Below are positions 35,501 through 50,018 of a DNA stretch of 60,360 nucleotides, piece by piece. The notes beneath the pieces were generated by a model. It was given only the letters and a program-made list of their open reading frames with translations, was not told the DNA's origin and ran no database searches. The DNA is from Hyphochytrium catenoides. Its lineage: Eukaryota > Protista > Hyphochytriomycota. Position numbers and translations under genes: made by a program. The stretch's first letter is position 1. Each line of letters begins with the position of its first letter. Location: NCBI GenBank assembly GCA_900088475.1, contig FLMG01000623.1, positions 1 through 60,360 on the forward strand. Direction: 5' to 3'.

Positions 35501-38500
35501 CCAAGGCCGTACCTGGTGGAAGGCGACCTCCCTTATAGTAGGCTCATGACCACCCTTATCCATGCCCTCCAGCATCTCATGCAGCGGAGCAAGAACCTAC
35601 GAGATTTCAGAGGCAGATAGGCGACCACATCTCTTTTTTCCTATCCTTTATTTTCTTGCTCTCACCTGCAGCATTCCATCGGGATTATTCTCAGTGAAGC
35701 AATGCTTCGCAGCGTCTTCCAGGCCTTCGTGCCACATCTCTGGCCACTGAATGGCCACGCGAATTAGCTCATGGGATACTAGCTCCGCCTCCGAGACCAA
35801 AGACGGCGAATGGCGTCGCATTTCGTCTAGAATCGTTTTCGCTGCGAGTCGCGCGCCAGAGAGAAGATTAGTAAATGAAGATGGGGCTTGCGTCATATGA
35901 TCCGGCATGACACAGAGCATCGACAGGGCAAGGGACCTCAATGATCACGTATGTAAGTGGAGGTTGTTACCTGATAGTCTCCTATGCGGGGAGCTGGACT
36001 TATAGGCAACCATGATAGGATAGATAAGACCTTGGGGGTGCTCATGCCCAATGCGAGAGAGCAAAGTCTGTTCATCGCAGGGAAAGCTGTTTTAAATAAC
36101 GATTTACAGGAACGAGAATACTGAGTCACAGGAGCCAGGATAATACCAAGAAAGACCATCAAGGGGAAAAATATCATAGCCAAAGGGCCAGAATAGCTGG
36201 CAGCAAGGACGGAAGCTAAACTTTTATCGTAGCTGGAAGATGGCGCGCTTCACAACCTGGAGAAGATGGTTCATGAGTGCGTTGGAGGTGTGAATCCTGG
36301 CAATCAGCTGCGGCACGACCTGCAGCCAAGTCTCCGAAGCAACAGAATGGTTCCCTGCGCTGATATGTCAATATATCGTCCACAGCGTAGGATGCAAGGA
36401 AGGATAGACAAAAAAATAATCCACGAACTCATAAGTGACGGAGCGCGCAAGACAAGAAACCACTCAAAGCCTAGTACCATTCGGCGGACGGATGAAATAG
36501 CTAGCCACGAGCAAGACATATTAAGAAGCAACGGCCCAGGAAGTGTTTAGAAGCAACACAAAAAGGACATTCATGGCTGACCTGATGCCATAGCCTCATG
36601 GACCTCTTTTCTATGTCCATACGTGAACCAAATGGTCAGCAGCCGCAGGACGTCCTATGTAGCGGGATGACACATTCCGAATTGAAAATATGCCAGACGA
36701 GCGCGGAAGATGAGACATAGGTGGTGTCAGATAATAATGCGAAAGAGAGGCTGATGGTGCTTAATAGTAAATAACGTCAACAGGACTAATTTTATAACAA
36801 TGAGACTGACACAGGGAGCCTGGCCCACGGGGATGGTAATGATGACCGCCAGAGAAGAGCTATACCTGAATGACGCTAGATCTGTTACCCTGTTGCCCCA
36901 AAAAGACAGAGCGAAAGAATCCATTCATCGCCGCCAAGGCGTGCCGGGACACTTGCTGGATCTATCGAGATTTAACAGTGCGTGTGAGAGTGAGACAAGA
37001 GAAGAAGAAAGTGAACATGGACGAGGCAGGGCACAACAGAAGCACAGGGTGATCGATAACAGCAGCCCTTCCCAGGTATATGTAGAAAAGGAGAGGAAGC
37101 GTAGCCCATGTAAAGAGATGCCGTTAGGTTCCTACCTCTTCTTTAGGATAAAACGTAGTCAATCTGAAGTTGATAAGCGCCCACTTATGCCAAGCTTTGT
37201 AGTTATCCACACTTAGGCGAGTGGCTGTTTGTAGGGTGTCTACACAGAAAAGATGAAAAGACAAGCGAGTGGATAAGAGGCAAATCATGATGACAAAGTA
37301 GGATGAGGTGCCAAGCCAGATGCACCGTAGGATTGCCCTGAAGGCTATCGTCTTAGAATTTGCAGCTGTATCCTTAGCCCTAATTTTCTCTTTAACGCGG
37401 TTATCGTGTTTAGGTACATTGAATATATATCCCCTTTGTATTTGCATGTCCTCATACCTAAAATCTCATCATATATCTTGGCATCTGGTCCCGTCGTGTG
37501 CTCACTGTGGGCAAGTAGCCAGTCTCCCAGCCGCAGATGGCATTTCACCCTGTCGGGACCAGAGAGCAATAGAGTCAGAGGACTATATGCTTTGGAATCA
37601 AGATCAGACGAAGATGCAACGTCTACAACTCTCTGAGCTGCTTCAAATGTTATCTTTGCACTCTACTCAATCAAGTGGAAGGTTATAAGCTACTCTCCCT
37701 CTGCCGAACTCCGTCGCCCTGAAAGTCAATCACCTCCTGACCTGAGCTCTATCATTTCTGGGTCCTTGTCATCTCTTCTTTCAAGCGCAGCCGTCAGTTC
37801 GCTAAGCTGGTAGATCGCAACGTCTTCCATGCCTACATAGAAATGAAAGGGACAAGACATACAAGTACAGCGATAAGTGGGACAAGAAGGCAATAGCACG
37901 CAGCATCAGTGAATCTTGTGACACCGTTCTCTCTATCACATCATCAACCTGTAACACTTCCCGTAACCATCCTCTTGGGGACAGGATACAGACGCCACAG
38001 GCGGAAGTACAATCATGGGGCAGCCCCCAAAACGCTCATTACATCCTACTTAGCTGTCTGCGTGCTGCTTCCCAAATAATTCTCATTGTTTCCCTTACCT
38101 TCTGCCCACAAATGCCGAAGGAATGAAAAGGCCACCTTCGGCCTGTGCTTCGACAGGTTGGGGTCGTGGAAGACTACAGGGAGTGGCTGGTAGGGGTTCA
38201 CTTTGATGGACTGGAAGAACTCGTGGGCGCCGACCTTGGTAAGGAACAACCAATCGCTACAATTAGCTGTGCAGATAAACAAAACGGAACTGCCACTAGA
38301 GCTATAGTCCAGATAATGACAGCGACAGGTGAACCCATTGAGATGCAAGGAGCCCGGAGCCGTAGCCATGAACAGTGGGATACGATGGGATTGAAAGATC
38401 ACCTTTATGAGCGCATTCTTCTCCAAATTGAGGGCTCCGTTTTCCCTGCAAAGCGAGGAGTATCGCAACCAGGTCTCCACATCGTCGACAGGGTCCATTA

Positions 38501-41500
38501 GCAACCCTCGGAGAACGAGCAAATGCTGCCACACCTGCCAGAAGCGCGTTGGTCAAGCCCCCAGTAACTTAGCGCTATCTCAAGCCGAAACTTTCGGGTT
38601 GCCGGGTTGCAATATCTGCACCCCCTTCAAATGATATCACTATACCTCGATACTCCTTTCTGCGCCCAGCATGCGAACAGTCCACATTTTCCTCAATTGC
38701 TTGAGACGCTCCTGGCTAGACTCCTACAAGAAACCAAGATATGTTTAGCGGAGAGCCCAAGACAGTCTTTTCCGTTGATGACAGTGACGACCCTTGCAAG
38801 CGGCTACGCTCTCTCTAAGAATGCGCTTCTAAGCCCCCAAATGCATTAACCCATTGCGCAGCACAACAGATATGGGGCACCGCGCTGGCGAATGTGCTTC
38901 AAATGAGCTATGGCTTTCTTGCTGATAGTACCTTGCTGTACGGCTGCTGCTGAACAAGCACTCGGAATTCCACAAGGTCTTCCAGCTGCGGGGCGACAAA
39001 AGAATCTAATAAGACGAAGAAAGGGGACTTGATTCTAGAGAAGAAAGGGATCGATGCTACAAATAGTGCCAACAACGCAAGCAAGGGGCCAAACGCTAAC
39101 AACGCGCAGAGATGGAGTCTCTGTAGCATAAGGCAAAAGGAGCTCCAAAAGAAAGAAGGGACAGCACTGGATGGCCAGCATTTGGGCCATTCTCTTCTTC
39201 TATTCCTTTCCCCCCTAGCTCATACCTCCGCTAGCAACTGGCAGTCCACAATATGCGGGTTATATGCTCTTTGAAAGCTCTCGCTCACCAGAGCCCGCAG
39301 CAAGGGATCAAGTAGTACCCGAGCCTGTTCAATGTTCTCCTACAAATGTGAAGGAGACCAGAAGTCAAAAGGGAGAGGCACCGTCCATGTCATTTGTGGC
39401 TTGAAGCCACAAAAAGCAATATAAATGGCAAGAGACCGAAGGCCGCAAGGCCTCGCATTCCCATACGGATCAAAAAGCGAGCGAAAAGCAGAAGAGACAT
39501 TACTATGGCAAGAGGTAACGCAGGGTCCTAACCTTAGCAGCAGAGAAATTCTCGCTTTTGATATGGCAGATGGCTTGAAACATCTCTCGCTTTACAGGGT
39601 CGAAGTCATGGATCAGGAACCTAGGAGCGTAAAGACAGTTTCAGCGCCAATTTTTAAGCGAGGCGAGCAACAGGCAGCCAGTCGTCCTGATCTACTGTCA
39701 CGTCGCTATTCTCTAGATCAAGGCGTAGATGGGTCATCTATTTGTCTTTTTTGTGCGGCTGCTGCTGTGGCTTTCTGCTCTGCTGTGCTGTGCCTCTACT
39801 TCGTACCTTGGAATCTCCTCCCATTTTCCGAGCGCGACAACTGCATAGGTCCCAAGGCTGCAGAGTTCCGCACGCATCTGCGGCTGCATGTTCAGGCGCT
39901 GGCGGTCGCGCTAAAGAGAGACAAAGACAAGGACATTGAGCTTAACATGGGTCATCCTTTGCAGAAAGAACGTGCCGACCTGGTTGGGGTTGTAAACCCG
40001 ATTATAGAGCTCGTTGACAAGCTCATCTACGGAAATCCAGTCGCCCAACGCCTTTAGACAGCGCAGGCGGCCGATCAACGAGTCAACCTCATTCGGATTT
40101 TTCGCCAGAACCTGAAAGAGGACGAGGTTAGAGCAAGGACAAAGGGCATAAGAAGGAAGAGAACGATGCCACCATGCATGAGAGACCCCAAGGCAACAGT
40201 TGGGGAGCTCCACCGATAGCGCCGGTCCGAGCAGGAAAGGATGGCTGAAAACCTAGGGCAGTGGTTTATCGTATCCGTTACCTGTTCGTGTGCCTCCAGA
40301 GCGTCACTCCATCGCTGCAGCTTTTCATACCAAGAGGCCTTCACCTCTATGCCCTGCAGGTTCTTCTGTGCATGCTTCAAGATGCCAATGGCGGCTTCCG
40401 GTTGGCTTAGCTAAGGTAAACAGTGATGTACAGAAAGGGACTAGTAAGTGACAATGTTCACGAAGAGGTCGGTAACTCTAGAGTGACACGCATAAGAATG
40501 CGACTCGCAGGCACCTTATTGTTAATAGAGATGAGCGCTTCGATGCCTGCTGGATCGGGTTTAGCGTTAAAGGCTAACTCCTGATAGTACAGGGCTTTAG
40601 CGTAGGAATGGACCTGCGTAAAAGCGGGGAAACTCATAAGCCAAGACGGTCCGATAGCGCTCTAGAAGGTAGAGGGGTCCGAACCTTTTCCGCCAGACCT
40701 GCCAGCATGCGTGGCTCCATAGGTAAGCTCTCCACATGCTCCATGAATTCAGCCAGGTTCAACAAGGTTTGAAGAATTTCTGGAGGGAGATTGGGACTCT
40801 GGAAAGCAGTTTCCAAGGCCCTGGCTAGGCTCTCCTGGCTGGATGTCTGAGCAAATGGCAATTAGGTACTTCCAAAAGGGATAGCAGAGCGGACATAGAA
40901 GGAACAACAAGGCGGATGACAGATGCTAATAGACGACCAATGTATTGAAATCCTTTTCAAGAGACAAATTCGCGGAGTATATTGTTTACCTGCAGAGCTG
41001 GCCAGGAAGAGACAAAGGCAGCATTGAAGAGGTCCATCGCCAGCGGTTGGTACACTGAGGCGACAGCTACGCAAGCATGAAGCGCTACCGACGGAGAGGC
41101 ACGAAGAATTTCCATTGAGAATGTTCGCATCCATTCATTCCAGTCGTCCTTTGGTAAAAAACTTAGTTAGCGGATGACTGACATAAGAGCACTTGTATGG
41201 AAAAAACATGTTTACACAACCGTTCAATGGGTCAGCGGGCTTAACGGCTAAACTAAGATCAGCCAGCTGTAAAAAAAAAGACGTGGGCGGTATACATATA
41301 TATTACCTTTGTACTGCGGTTGGAGGCGTCCCATGCCTTCATCAGATTCTGATAGTTGATGGGTCGCTTCTTCACTTCCTCATCCGCACCGACTTCCTCT
41401 TCCTCCCGCTCCTGCAGAAGAGAGGATTGAGTCATTGACTACGATTAAAAGCTGTCCCAAGTCGAAATCAGAAAGGTAGGGAGTAAGCATGAGTTTACCT

Positions 41501-44500
41501 TTTCTTGAGCCTTGATCTTAAGATTGTTTCTCCTTTGCTGCTCAAGCTGCCATGGCTCCTGGGGGAGAGGCTGGTGCTTCAACACCCGCGAGACAAGGTT
41601 CTCGTACTTCTCAAATTCAGGTACATTTTTGTAGGTCTACGAAGAGAGAATGGAAAATGGAGATGAGTTCTGACAGAGCAATGACCACCTCAGCAGGTTA
41701 AAGAGATCCTCGGAGCCGATACAATCCATATGACGGATGGTGGCTATGGAGATGAACGACCCAATTATGGGTGAGGCGCTGATATAAGGCTATTCAGTTC
41801 TCTGGACTTGTTCTTTTTCTGACCTGCTTGTTGATGTATTGGTACACCATGGGTACGAAGATAGCGTAGTCTGGACCGAGTTGAGTCACCATCACACATA
41901 GAATGTCTACAGCGCAAGGTCCCAGCTCCTGCGGGTGTAAAGTTAGGAGACGAGTGATGGGAGAAGCATCATAATAAACAGGGGTGACTCCATGCTTCTG
42001 GGACAATGGGAGGCCTGCAATAGCCGCATACCTGTGGATCGGCTGAAGCTACCCTCGTCAGGGGATGGATGATTCTGCTGGCGTACGTGGAAACATTGAT
42101 CTGACGGACTAGCTGGCGGAGAGTAAGGAGAGCTTTCTTCCTAGGCCGAGTGTCAATTGATGAATCCTACAAAGAGCGATTGTCAGAGACAACACAAATT
42201 GGTGGCAGCACAAGAAAGCTAGCCAGAGCCAGGTATGCTATCTTCAGGGCTTAATAAGAAAGTGAGCACAGAAACGCTATGACCTGAATGAGCTTGAGAA
42301 TGGCTGGGAGTATGAAATACATATATCCATTTGCAATTACGGGCACTAAGGTTGCAATGGTGTCTAGAATCTGTTGAGTGCAGGGGCGGCTTGGATTGTC
42401 TCTCTCCCGCCGCATGATCCTACGAAAAGATAATGACAGGCAAGAAGCAGAGGTAGTAGAGCCAGAGAAGACAGTGACCTGTGAGCTGTCGAACAACCAC
42501 AGTATGCTAGGAAAGACTACGGGGATGTGGTCATGGACAGGAGTGAGAGCTCGATGGTTAAGGAGAGGATGAGATTCCGACCACAGACTCTAGAGTCGTG
42601 TTAGCTAGCCTCGAGCTGGAAAGGGGGCTCTCTCGCAGGACCCTGTCCTCCTGTCCTCATTATCTCCTATGCCTACCGGAATGTCTCTTTTACACTTACC
42701 TAAGCATGGCTGGTATGACATCCGAGAGATAGAGTCTGAAGTCTTCTTCAATCGCCCTCGCCACCGCCTCGACAAGCCTTAGCATGGCAGTGAGATGGAG
42801 ATCCCAGTAGTCTCTGATCACAACAATAAATGAACCGTCCAAATGCGGCTGGATGTGCCGCTTCATCACTGAGCAGAGCAGCGTCAATTGCTGCAGAATG
42901 AACTCCCTGCAATCAGGCAACAGGTGAGCAGTTCAGCACTCGTGACTGTGGAGGGGTAAGCTCCTAGATCGAGAAAAAGTAGCTCGGAAAGGGACGATGC
43001 ACAGGACTTCTGCGAGAACCGTGACTAAGCAATAGGTCAAGAGATGCCAGGCCAAAGAGGTCCAGGGAAGTCTCTGCCATGGGATGGAAGGGAACTAGGA
43101 CTAAAGTGCGACCTAAGCTCCGAGTTGACTCTGGTAATCGTCTGCAGGAAAGACTGCGTGATTATGCCCAGAAAAGGCTTCAGTCTGGCGCCCAGATTCT
43201 TGCATATAAACATGATGGCCTGCGCCGTAGTCTTGATGTGCGGCCGAGTGCGAGCATCATTCATGATTCTGTTGGCACGAGAGAAAAGCAAGCCACCGGA
43301 AGATGATGGCAAGATAGCCACGTGAGAGGCGCAGAAAGTCTGGAGCGATGAGCCCCAACAGATTGTGCAACAGTCGGATGCAATAATGAAGGAAAACGGT
43401 GGGAGGCACGTGGCATATAAAAATCTGGCTCAATTCCACAGTAGGACGTGGAAGATCTGGGGCAAAAGGACTTGGAGATGATAAGAGCACTACGAGATAA
43501 TGTTGCCCAGGAGAAGAAGAATAGCATAGACCCAAAAATGAGACCTGGTACACTCTCGTACCTGACAAGCGCATAAATGGCAACAGTTTCAAAGTAGAGG
43601 TTGGGGTGTTCTACTAGGCTGGGGAGCATCTCAGCAGGCGCCATCAGGTCTAAAGAGTGCTGCCCCTGCACGCCAACGGTCTTCCCAGCTAGATCGGACC
43701 GATCTTGTGCCAGACGCTACATCCCAGATACCAATAAGAATGTGACCCTTGCCCTGGCGAAAGAAATCCCAGAGAAGAGAGCTCATGGCAAGGAAACGAC
43801 AAATAGCGGAAGGTTCTCCAAGGCACTCAGCTTTACACTGGGTAAGTTCAGGCACTCGGATCTTCTTTTTCACTTTACAGAGCATTGTTCTTTTGCACTT
43901 CCTGCATCTCTTTCTCTCGGATATGCATCATCGGTACATCTTACCTGTAGCAACTTCAGAGTGGCATCATCCTTGTGAATAGGGACATCGGGACTAGTAA
44001 GCTGCAGCTCCTGTGGCCAGAGGTAAGGCGAGGCTGTCTGGCTAAGAGTCAGCATCCCTTTCGCTTTCATTTGAATCATCCGAAGCTTAAACGGATCTAA
44101 AGCGCCCAGAGTGCCTAGCGTGCTGCCAGCCACATAGTGAGAGACGAAGAAGGTAACGTGATGTAAGGCATTTTGAGACAAAAAGTAGCTGCACTGGCTG
44201 CATAGGAGAGAAGCACTAGGCTCCGATACTTAAGTAATGTTGGGAAAACAGATAAGGAGTCTTCTCCGCAAGAGTTGATGACAAAGTCGAGCGTAAGGGA
44301 GTAGGATCCGACACTAGGAGTCCAACGCTGGCATGAGACGTCCTTTTCAAAAACAGATAGCATCCTCACTCATCAGAAGACTTGAGCTCTGAGCTAGGAA
44401 GGCAATTAGACAAAACTCGACAGTCAATAGGCTCCCTACCGGCTTGCCTCTCTCCTGAGTGACCAGTTTGTTTCTCCACTTCTCTGCAAGACAGACACAA

Positions 44501-47500
44501 GGCTGTCCATCAGATCCGGATGGTCAAAGTAAGGCTTGATCACGTAGCTGCAGGTCAAGGAATAGAGACTTAGCTTGACCAACGTCAAGAGCAAGAGCTT
44601 AGAGATGAAAAAGGGGCAAACGATAACAACTGAGGGAAAATCCGTGCACCAGCAGACATTGGGATAACAACTGAGGGAGATGTCATTGGGCCAGCAGACT
44701 TTGCGAGAAAGGAGGGACCGGCACCAAGAGAAAGATGGGACAAGCTCAAGGAAATAAGCCAAAGAAAAATCGAGAACAAGTCCAGCTCTGACCCTGTGCT
44801 TCTCACGATCTGGGCTAAGGTCGTGAGCGCTACTTGGATCTTCTGCGGGGCAGCTTGTTCCTAAGTATCGCGTGAGTTAGCTGCTGCTATCGGCATTTTT
44901 ATAAGGTGGAAACCTGCCAGGTTATGGGTGGGAAAGGAAGGCGAGACCACGCTTCTTGATCGAGCAAACCAATGACAAGAAGCTGTTTGCATCGAGCAAT
45001 GCCGCTAAGAAAAGAGAGAGAACCACGAATAGTGGAGAAACGTCCTGATCGCACCTGAAGGACCAGGACTATTTCTGGCAGGAGGAGGTCGAGATACGGG
45101 CGGAGTTCCTGCCCTGCCACTGAGGATAGTCTTCCTAAAGTTGCCAGCACTGCAGCTTCCACTCCCACATTATTTTGACGGATATTCTGGGTCAATGCTT
45201 TCAAGATAGGCACTGCGAAAGATTCCGACAGAGAAAGACAAAAGAGCGAGCAAAGAGCAACAAATTAGCGACAGAGCCGGAGATTGTCGAACAAAGACCG
45301 GTACACGGGAAGGAAGCTTCACAGAGGCATTCATGGGCAAAGGCCCTTCCTTCGTCAGTCAAGGTCTAAGGAGCGAACTTTTAGGTTCTGTACCGGCGTA
45401 AGGCTTCACCAGGTGGGAGGAGCCTTGGATGAGGTGGCCAAGAAGCCTTGAGCTTTCTTCCTTGCTCCTGAGGTGAGAAAGAGTGTATGGTCAAGGCGGT
45501 TATCGCAGATGCTCGTAGAAAAGTAGAGAGAATCCCGACTCTTCATAAAGGCGTGGAGGTGACAAGTCTCAACGTGAGGCAACTCAAAGAGACTCTGTCC
45601 TCCGGCCGTCTTTCCGATGTATAATCTTCTTAATTTCCGTTGACATCCCAACCACTATATCTTCCACAAACCTGCTATCCCCGCCAAACTCTAACTCTGC
45701 TAGAAGCCTGACAAGCATCTGTCGAAGTGCTGGCATAACAAATGCTGGATTCCGTTGAGATAAGCGGCCCAACATGTTCATCGCAGTCTCACGGATCTCG
45801 AAGACCTGCGCCAATGGGAATCAGAACGAAGAGGTCAGGGTAGAAGAGATGCTCACATACAGCATGTAAAGGTTCTGACTAAACGATGGGCATTCGCAGA
45901 AAGGCGACGAACTTAGTCAGGAGGCTGAACATAAAGGGAGAGTGCAGCATCCTCGCAATGGCCTTTACTTACCTCGTCGTTAAGTGCAATGAACAAGCTT
46001 CGAAGGCTATCAGGCTGCCCCAGGAGAGAGTCAAAGCGGGAGTCGAGCGAGCTCAGCACCTTTTGGATACACAGAAACAAGGGTTAGGACCCAATTTTTA
46101 TTCCAATACCTTCCGTCCAGCCCTCCTCGCCACCTCCTTGACAAAGGGTCAAAGGCACCCCACTGATCCTCTTTTGCTCTGTCGTAAGTAAGATATCGAT
46201 AGCCTTTATGGCTCTCACTAACGACTATCTCTGCTTTCTGGTCGTCCTGCTCAGCTTTGGTCCACAGACAGATAGCTGTTCCCACCTTTGCCCTTATATC
46301 GGCTTCCATGTCAGCTATTCCAACAGTCAACAGCCTTTCAATAACAGCACCAACAATTGCGCCCGTTTCGCCCTTGGTGGGGGCGTTCTCGCCAGGAGAC
46401 AGCAGGAGCTACGCAGGAGAAGAGAACCCGGAATATCACCAAGGTGTAGACATATATGGCAGAAGTATACAATACAAAGCGCAAACTGCAAAGGTAATGC
46501 AAGTAGACGCATCCCGAGAAGAGAGCTACTCTAGAGTGTTTCAAGAGTGTCAGAAAAGAGCTCAAAGACGAACAAGTGCAGCAAAGCCTGTTTTCAGCAG
46601 ACGTTCTACACGTGCTAGGAAACATAAGTCTCACTGAAACAAGCAATGTACAGAGTTCAAAAGGGGTATGAGCCGTGGCGCTGTCGTTGTACCTTGCAAC
46701 AAGTGACCGCTGCCGCTTTGCGTACAAAAGGATCATCATCCTCCAGGAACTTGACAACGACATCATGGACGAATTGGACTATTGGGATCTGCAAGGCATA
46801 GAAACAAGATAGGCTAGATGTTAAGCTGGCATCCTCCACAATTGAGCCAGATGACTGAGATCATAACGAGGCCCAGCAACAAACATGTACAGATATTATA
46901 TTCTGTTAGCAGTGGAAGCTATTGAGTCCAAGTAGAGAACTTAAGGAGCGCGATGCGTGTTCAGCCGAGACGCTGTGGACAATGGCTATATGAATGCAGG
47001 CAAGCGTCGCAGGCTTACGTCCTGAACCGTATCTTACATGTCGGTTGCCACTAAAATCAAAGGATCCCAGGGTTTCCAAGGCAAGGGTGACACTCCCCAC
47101 AGTAGGAAGCTGCACAGCCTGCTCCGTAGGGTTCCCAGGCATCATCTGAAATTTAGAGTTAGAGTATAAAGCAGCGAGATCGTAGTACGGTTAGCATCGA
47201 AGAGAAGGAGCTTAAACTATGGCGTATAACGAGTAGCCTTCAGTGTCTCTCCCACCCAATGTTTCCGCGAAGCAAGCTGAGGTCAGTCTTCTACTCATTG
47301 CTCTAACGTCCTTACCATAGAGTATCCTGCACTGATAAACTTTGTCAAAGCTGGGGAAGTACGGATCTGGGGAGGCACCCGGTCCACACTTATCGATCGG
47401 GCTAACATAGAGGAATAGGGAAAAAGAGAGCCATCAATCACAAAGTACCACGAGAGGAACACCGAAGTACCAAGTGTAGCTACGGACAACACACACGTCT

Positions 47501-49981
47501 CGGCCAACAAGTAACCAATGATTAAGACACGCTCAGACCCCGTGTGTCCTTTCCATGCAGCAAAGCCAAAGTTTCTTTCCACTATGGGCTCTTACACTGT
47601 GTCCTTCTGGGTGCGCTAGGTGGAGGTCCATCGAGGTCTACGGTGCTTCTGACAAGGATGCTGTGTAGGGTGTGAAACAGTGTGTACTGAATGTGCTGTC
47701 TTTCGGAGGGAAGTTTGTGCACTAGCTTGATAAGAGTGTCCAAGAGTGAGCGGTTAAGCCCCCTCAAGAACATGCTGTCTATGATATCGCGCAAGTCCAC
47801 TCTGCGTCAAATAAACAAAAAAATAGACAAGGGTTTGAGTGAGAACCTGAAGGAGAATATTGTTCTCGCACGCTTGAGGAAGTCATAGACAACCATTCAC
47901 GAGAGGTACCAGCGCCCAACACGTGGAAGGAGAACAGGGTCGTAGCGTGCGTAGTCAGAACTGGTTTTTGGGGCCATAGCGAGGACGGCCCCAAAGGTGA
48001 GCATGATGGAAAATCAGTTATGTGTGCATTGACAGCGCCGATAAGGATAGAGGACGAAGAGTAGCGTGGGCAAAGACCTTTGCAGGCCGTTCACAATACG
48101 GAAAACCCCTGTGTAAAAACAGAGAAAAGAGAAATCTCTACGCCTCACCTGACAAACGCATGAGGAGTGTGGGACGCGAGCATCCTCAGGCAGATAAGCG
48201 CCTCGTCATAAGCATCAAACTCCTTCTTCCTCTGCTCACTCAGGGCATCCTTGATATAGCGAAGTATCTGATCTAAGACTAGAGTCGAAGACCCAAAGTC
48301 AGAATAGCGTTTCAGTGGACAAGTAGAGAGCTCAATACGAGCAGATGCATCGAAAAACTTCATGGAGTTTCCTCCTGAACGCTTCTCATGGAAGCGCGCC
48401 CTAAGGCCTACTGTTCTCTCTTCTCTCTTTTCATCGTTCTGTCTTCGTCTCACTTTGAGGAGGATCGACCAATGCTGAGCCGACGGCCTCTGCCAGCCTT
48501 CCCATGGCAATGAATGCGTCCGCTCGACAAGAGTTCGGTCGCTCAATGAGGCGTAGAAGCACCTTCATCGCTAAAACGAGAGAGAAAAGAGGGGATCGTT
48601 AGCGACAGTGTCCGAACTATCCGAATCCCTTCGCTCCCTCCAGCTTCTTGACGTAATGCAGACTATCCTCTTTGCCAGTTCTTACTCTCCATCCTTGTTA
48701 TCTACTCTCCACGTCCGCATCACATAACTATACTCAGGGCAAACTGTGTTTATGCCTTCTGTGTATCTCTCTCTCTTTCTGCATTTCGTATACCATCGCT
48801 TTTTTTCCATCTACTGCCGCCGTTCTCCTTCTATGTACCTGGCCGTAAGTCGTCAGAGATGAAAGACGACGTGTTAAACTTGGCCAGCTGAGGCAACAGC
48901 ATGATGGCCGCCTGGCGTACAATGGGCGACTTGTGGTTGATGTAGGTCGATGATAGCACAGTCTTGCAGACCTGGAACGAAGGCATGCACAGCAAAACCA
49001 CGGAGAAGGGGTGCAGCGTTAATACTGTGGCAATGCGCGAAGGCATCTCTCTCTCTTCATCTGCGTCTCTCTCTCTCTCTCTCTTGCGTACCTGTTCATA
49101 ATATTGATGCATGTAGTCTCCAGTGTTCCTTATGAGTTCATTCTCTATAAGGAAAGCACCGTGAATGGACTCCGGTGCCTTATCCACGAGGCCTTTTTCT
49201 ACCCGTTCTTGCAGTTTCTTATACCTGTTATTCATATGGGCCAAGGTGAAGTTAGATGCTGAGAGCCAGGTCTCTGTATCCGAAGTGGACTCCTCTTCTC
49301 TTCTGCTGAACCCCCTCCCAGCCTTTCCGTATGTATGACCGTGGGCTCTATCGGTCACATGCAATGCCTTACCACTGCAATCTCTGTCTACTATCTCTCT
49401 GCTGCACAAGAAGGATAGCTGCTCTGAGCGCCATGGCCGCACTCTCTCGGTTGTACTTTGACTTATCGCTTATGCCGCTCCAAATGCAGTCAAAGAACGA
49501 CTCTACATGTCGGTAGAACATGGTAGGCGCGTTCGTTGCGAGCTCCTTCAGAACCAGAACTGCAGCGCAGCGGCGGTTCTAGGAGAGTTTGGAGAGAGAG
49601 AGATATAAGATGCCAGGCATTTAGAATCATGACGTCTCGCGCCTGTGATGAAAGAATCGGGCCAAGGAAAGGGGAACTGGCAACAGAAGGGGTAGAAGCA
49701 TTGCAGGAGTTTGGAAGACAGAGGAGCAGCGCTTTGCAGTCAAGTCAAAAGAACAGAAGCAGGAATATAGAGGAAGTAGAAGAGAAAGCCAAGGAGTGCA
49801 CAGCTCTGCTATATAAAGAGAGACAGAGGGGGCGACAAAGCAGCAGTAGCTTTCGAGCAATAGAAGGAAGAAGAAGAGAAGCGATCCCAATGGAGTTGTA
49901 GAGGGTAAGGCTAGGTAGATAGGGCACGTCTGGCTGATTAAAGACAGCAAAGGTCGAGACAGACTGGGGGAAGACAGCGGG

Positions 49982-50018
<37 letters not shown>

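Noticed and set aside
44436-44460. Apparent GC-AG donor in TOR (GAG|GCAAG)
   Set aside because: The downstream CG|GTAGG donor restores the conserved frame [17 protein letters not shown], so the intron is canonical.
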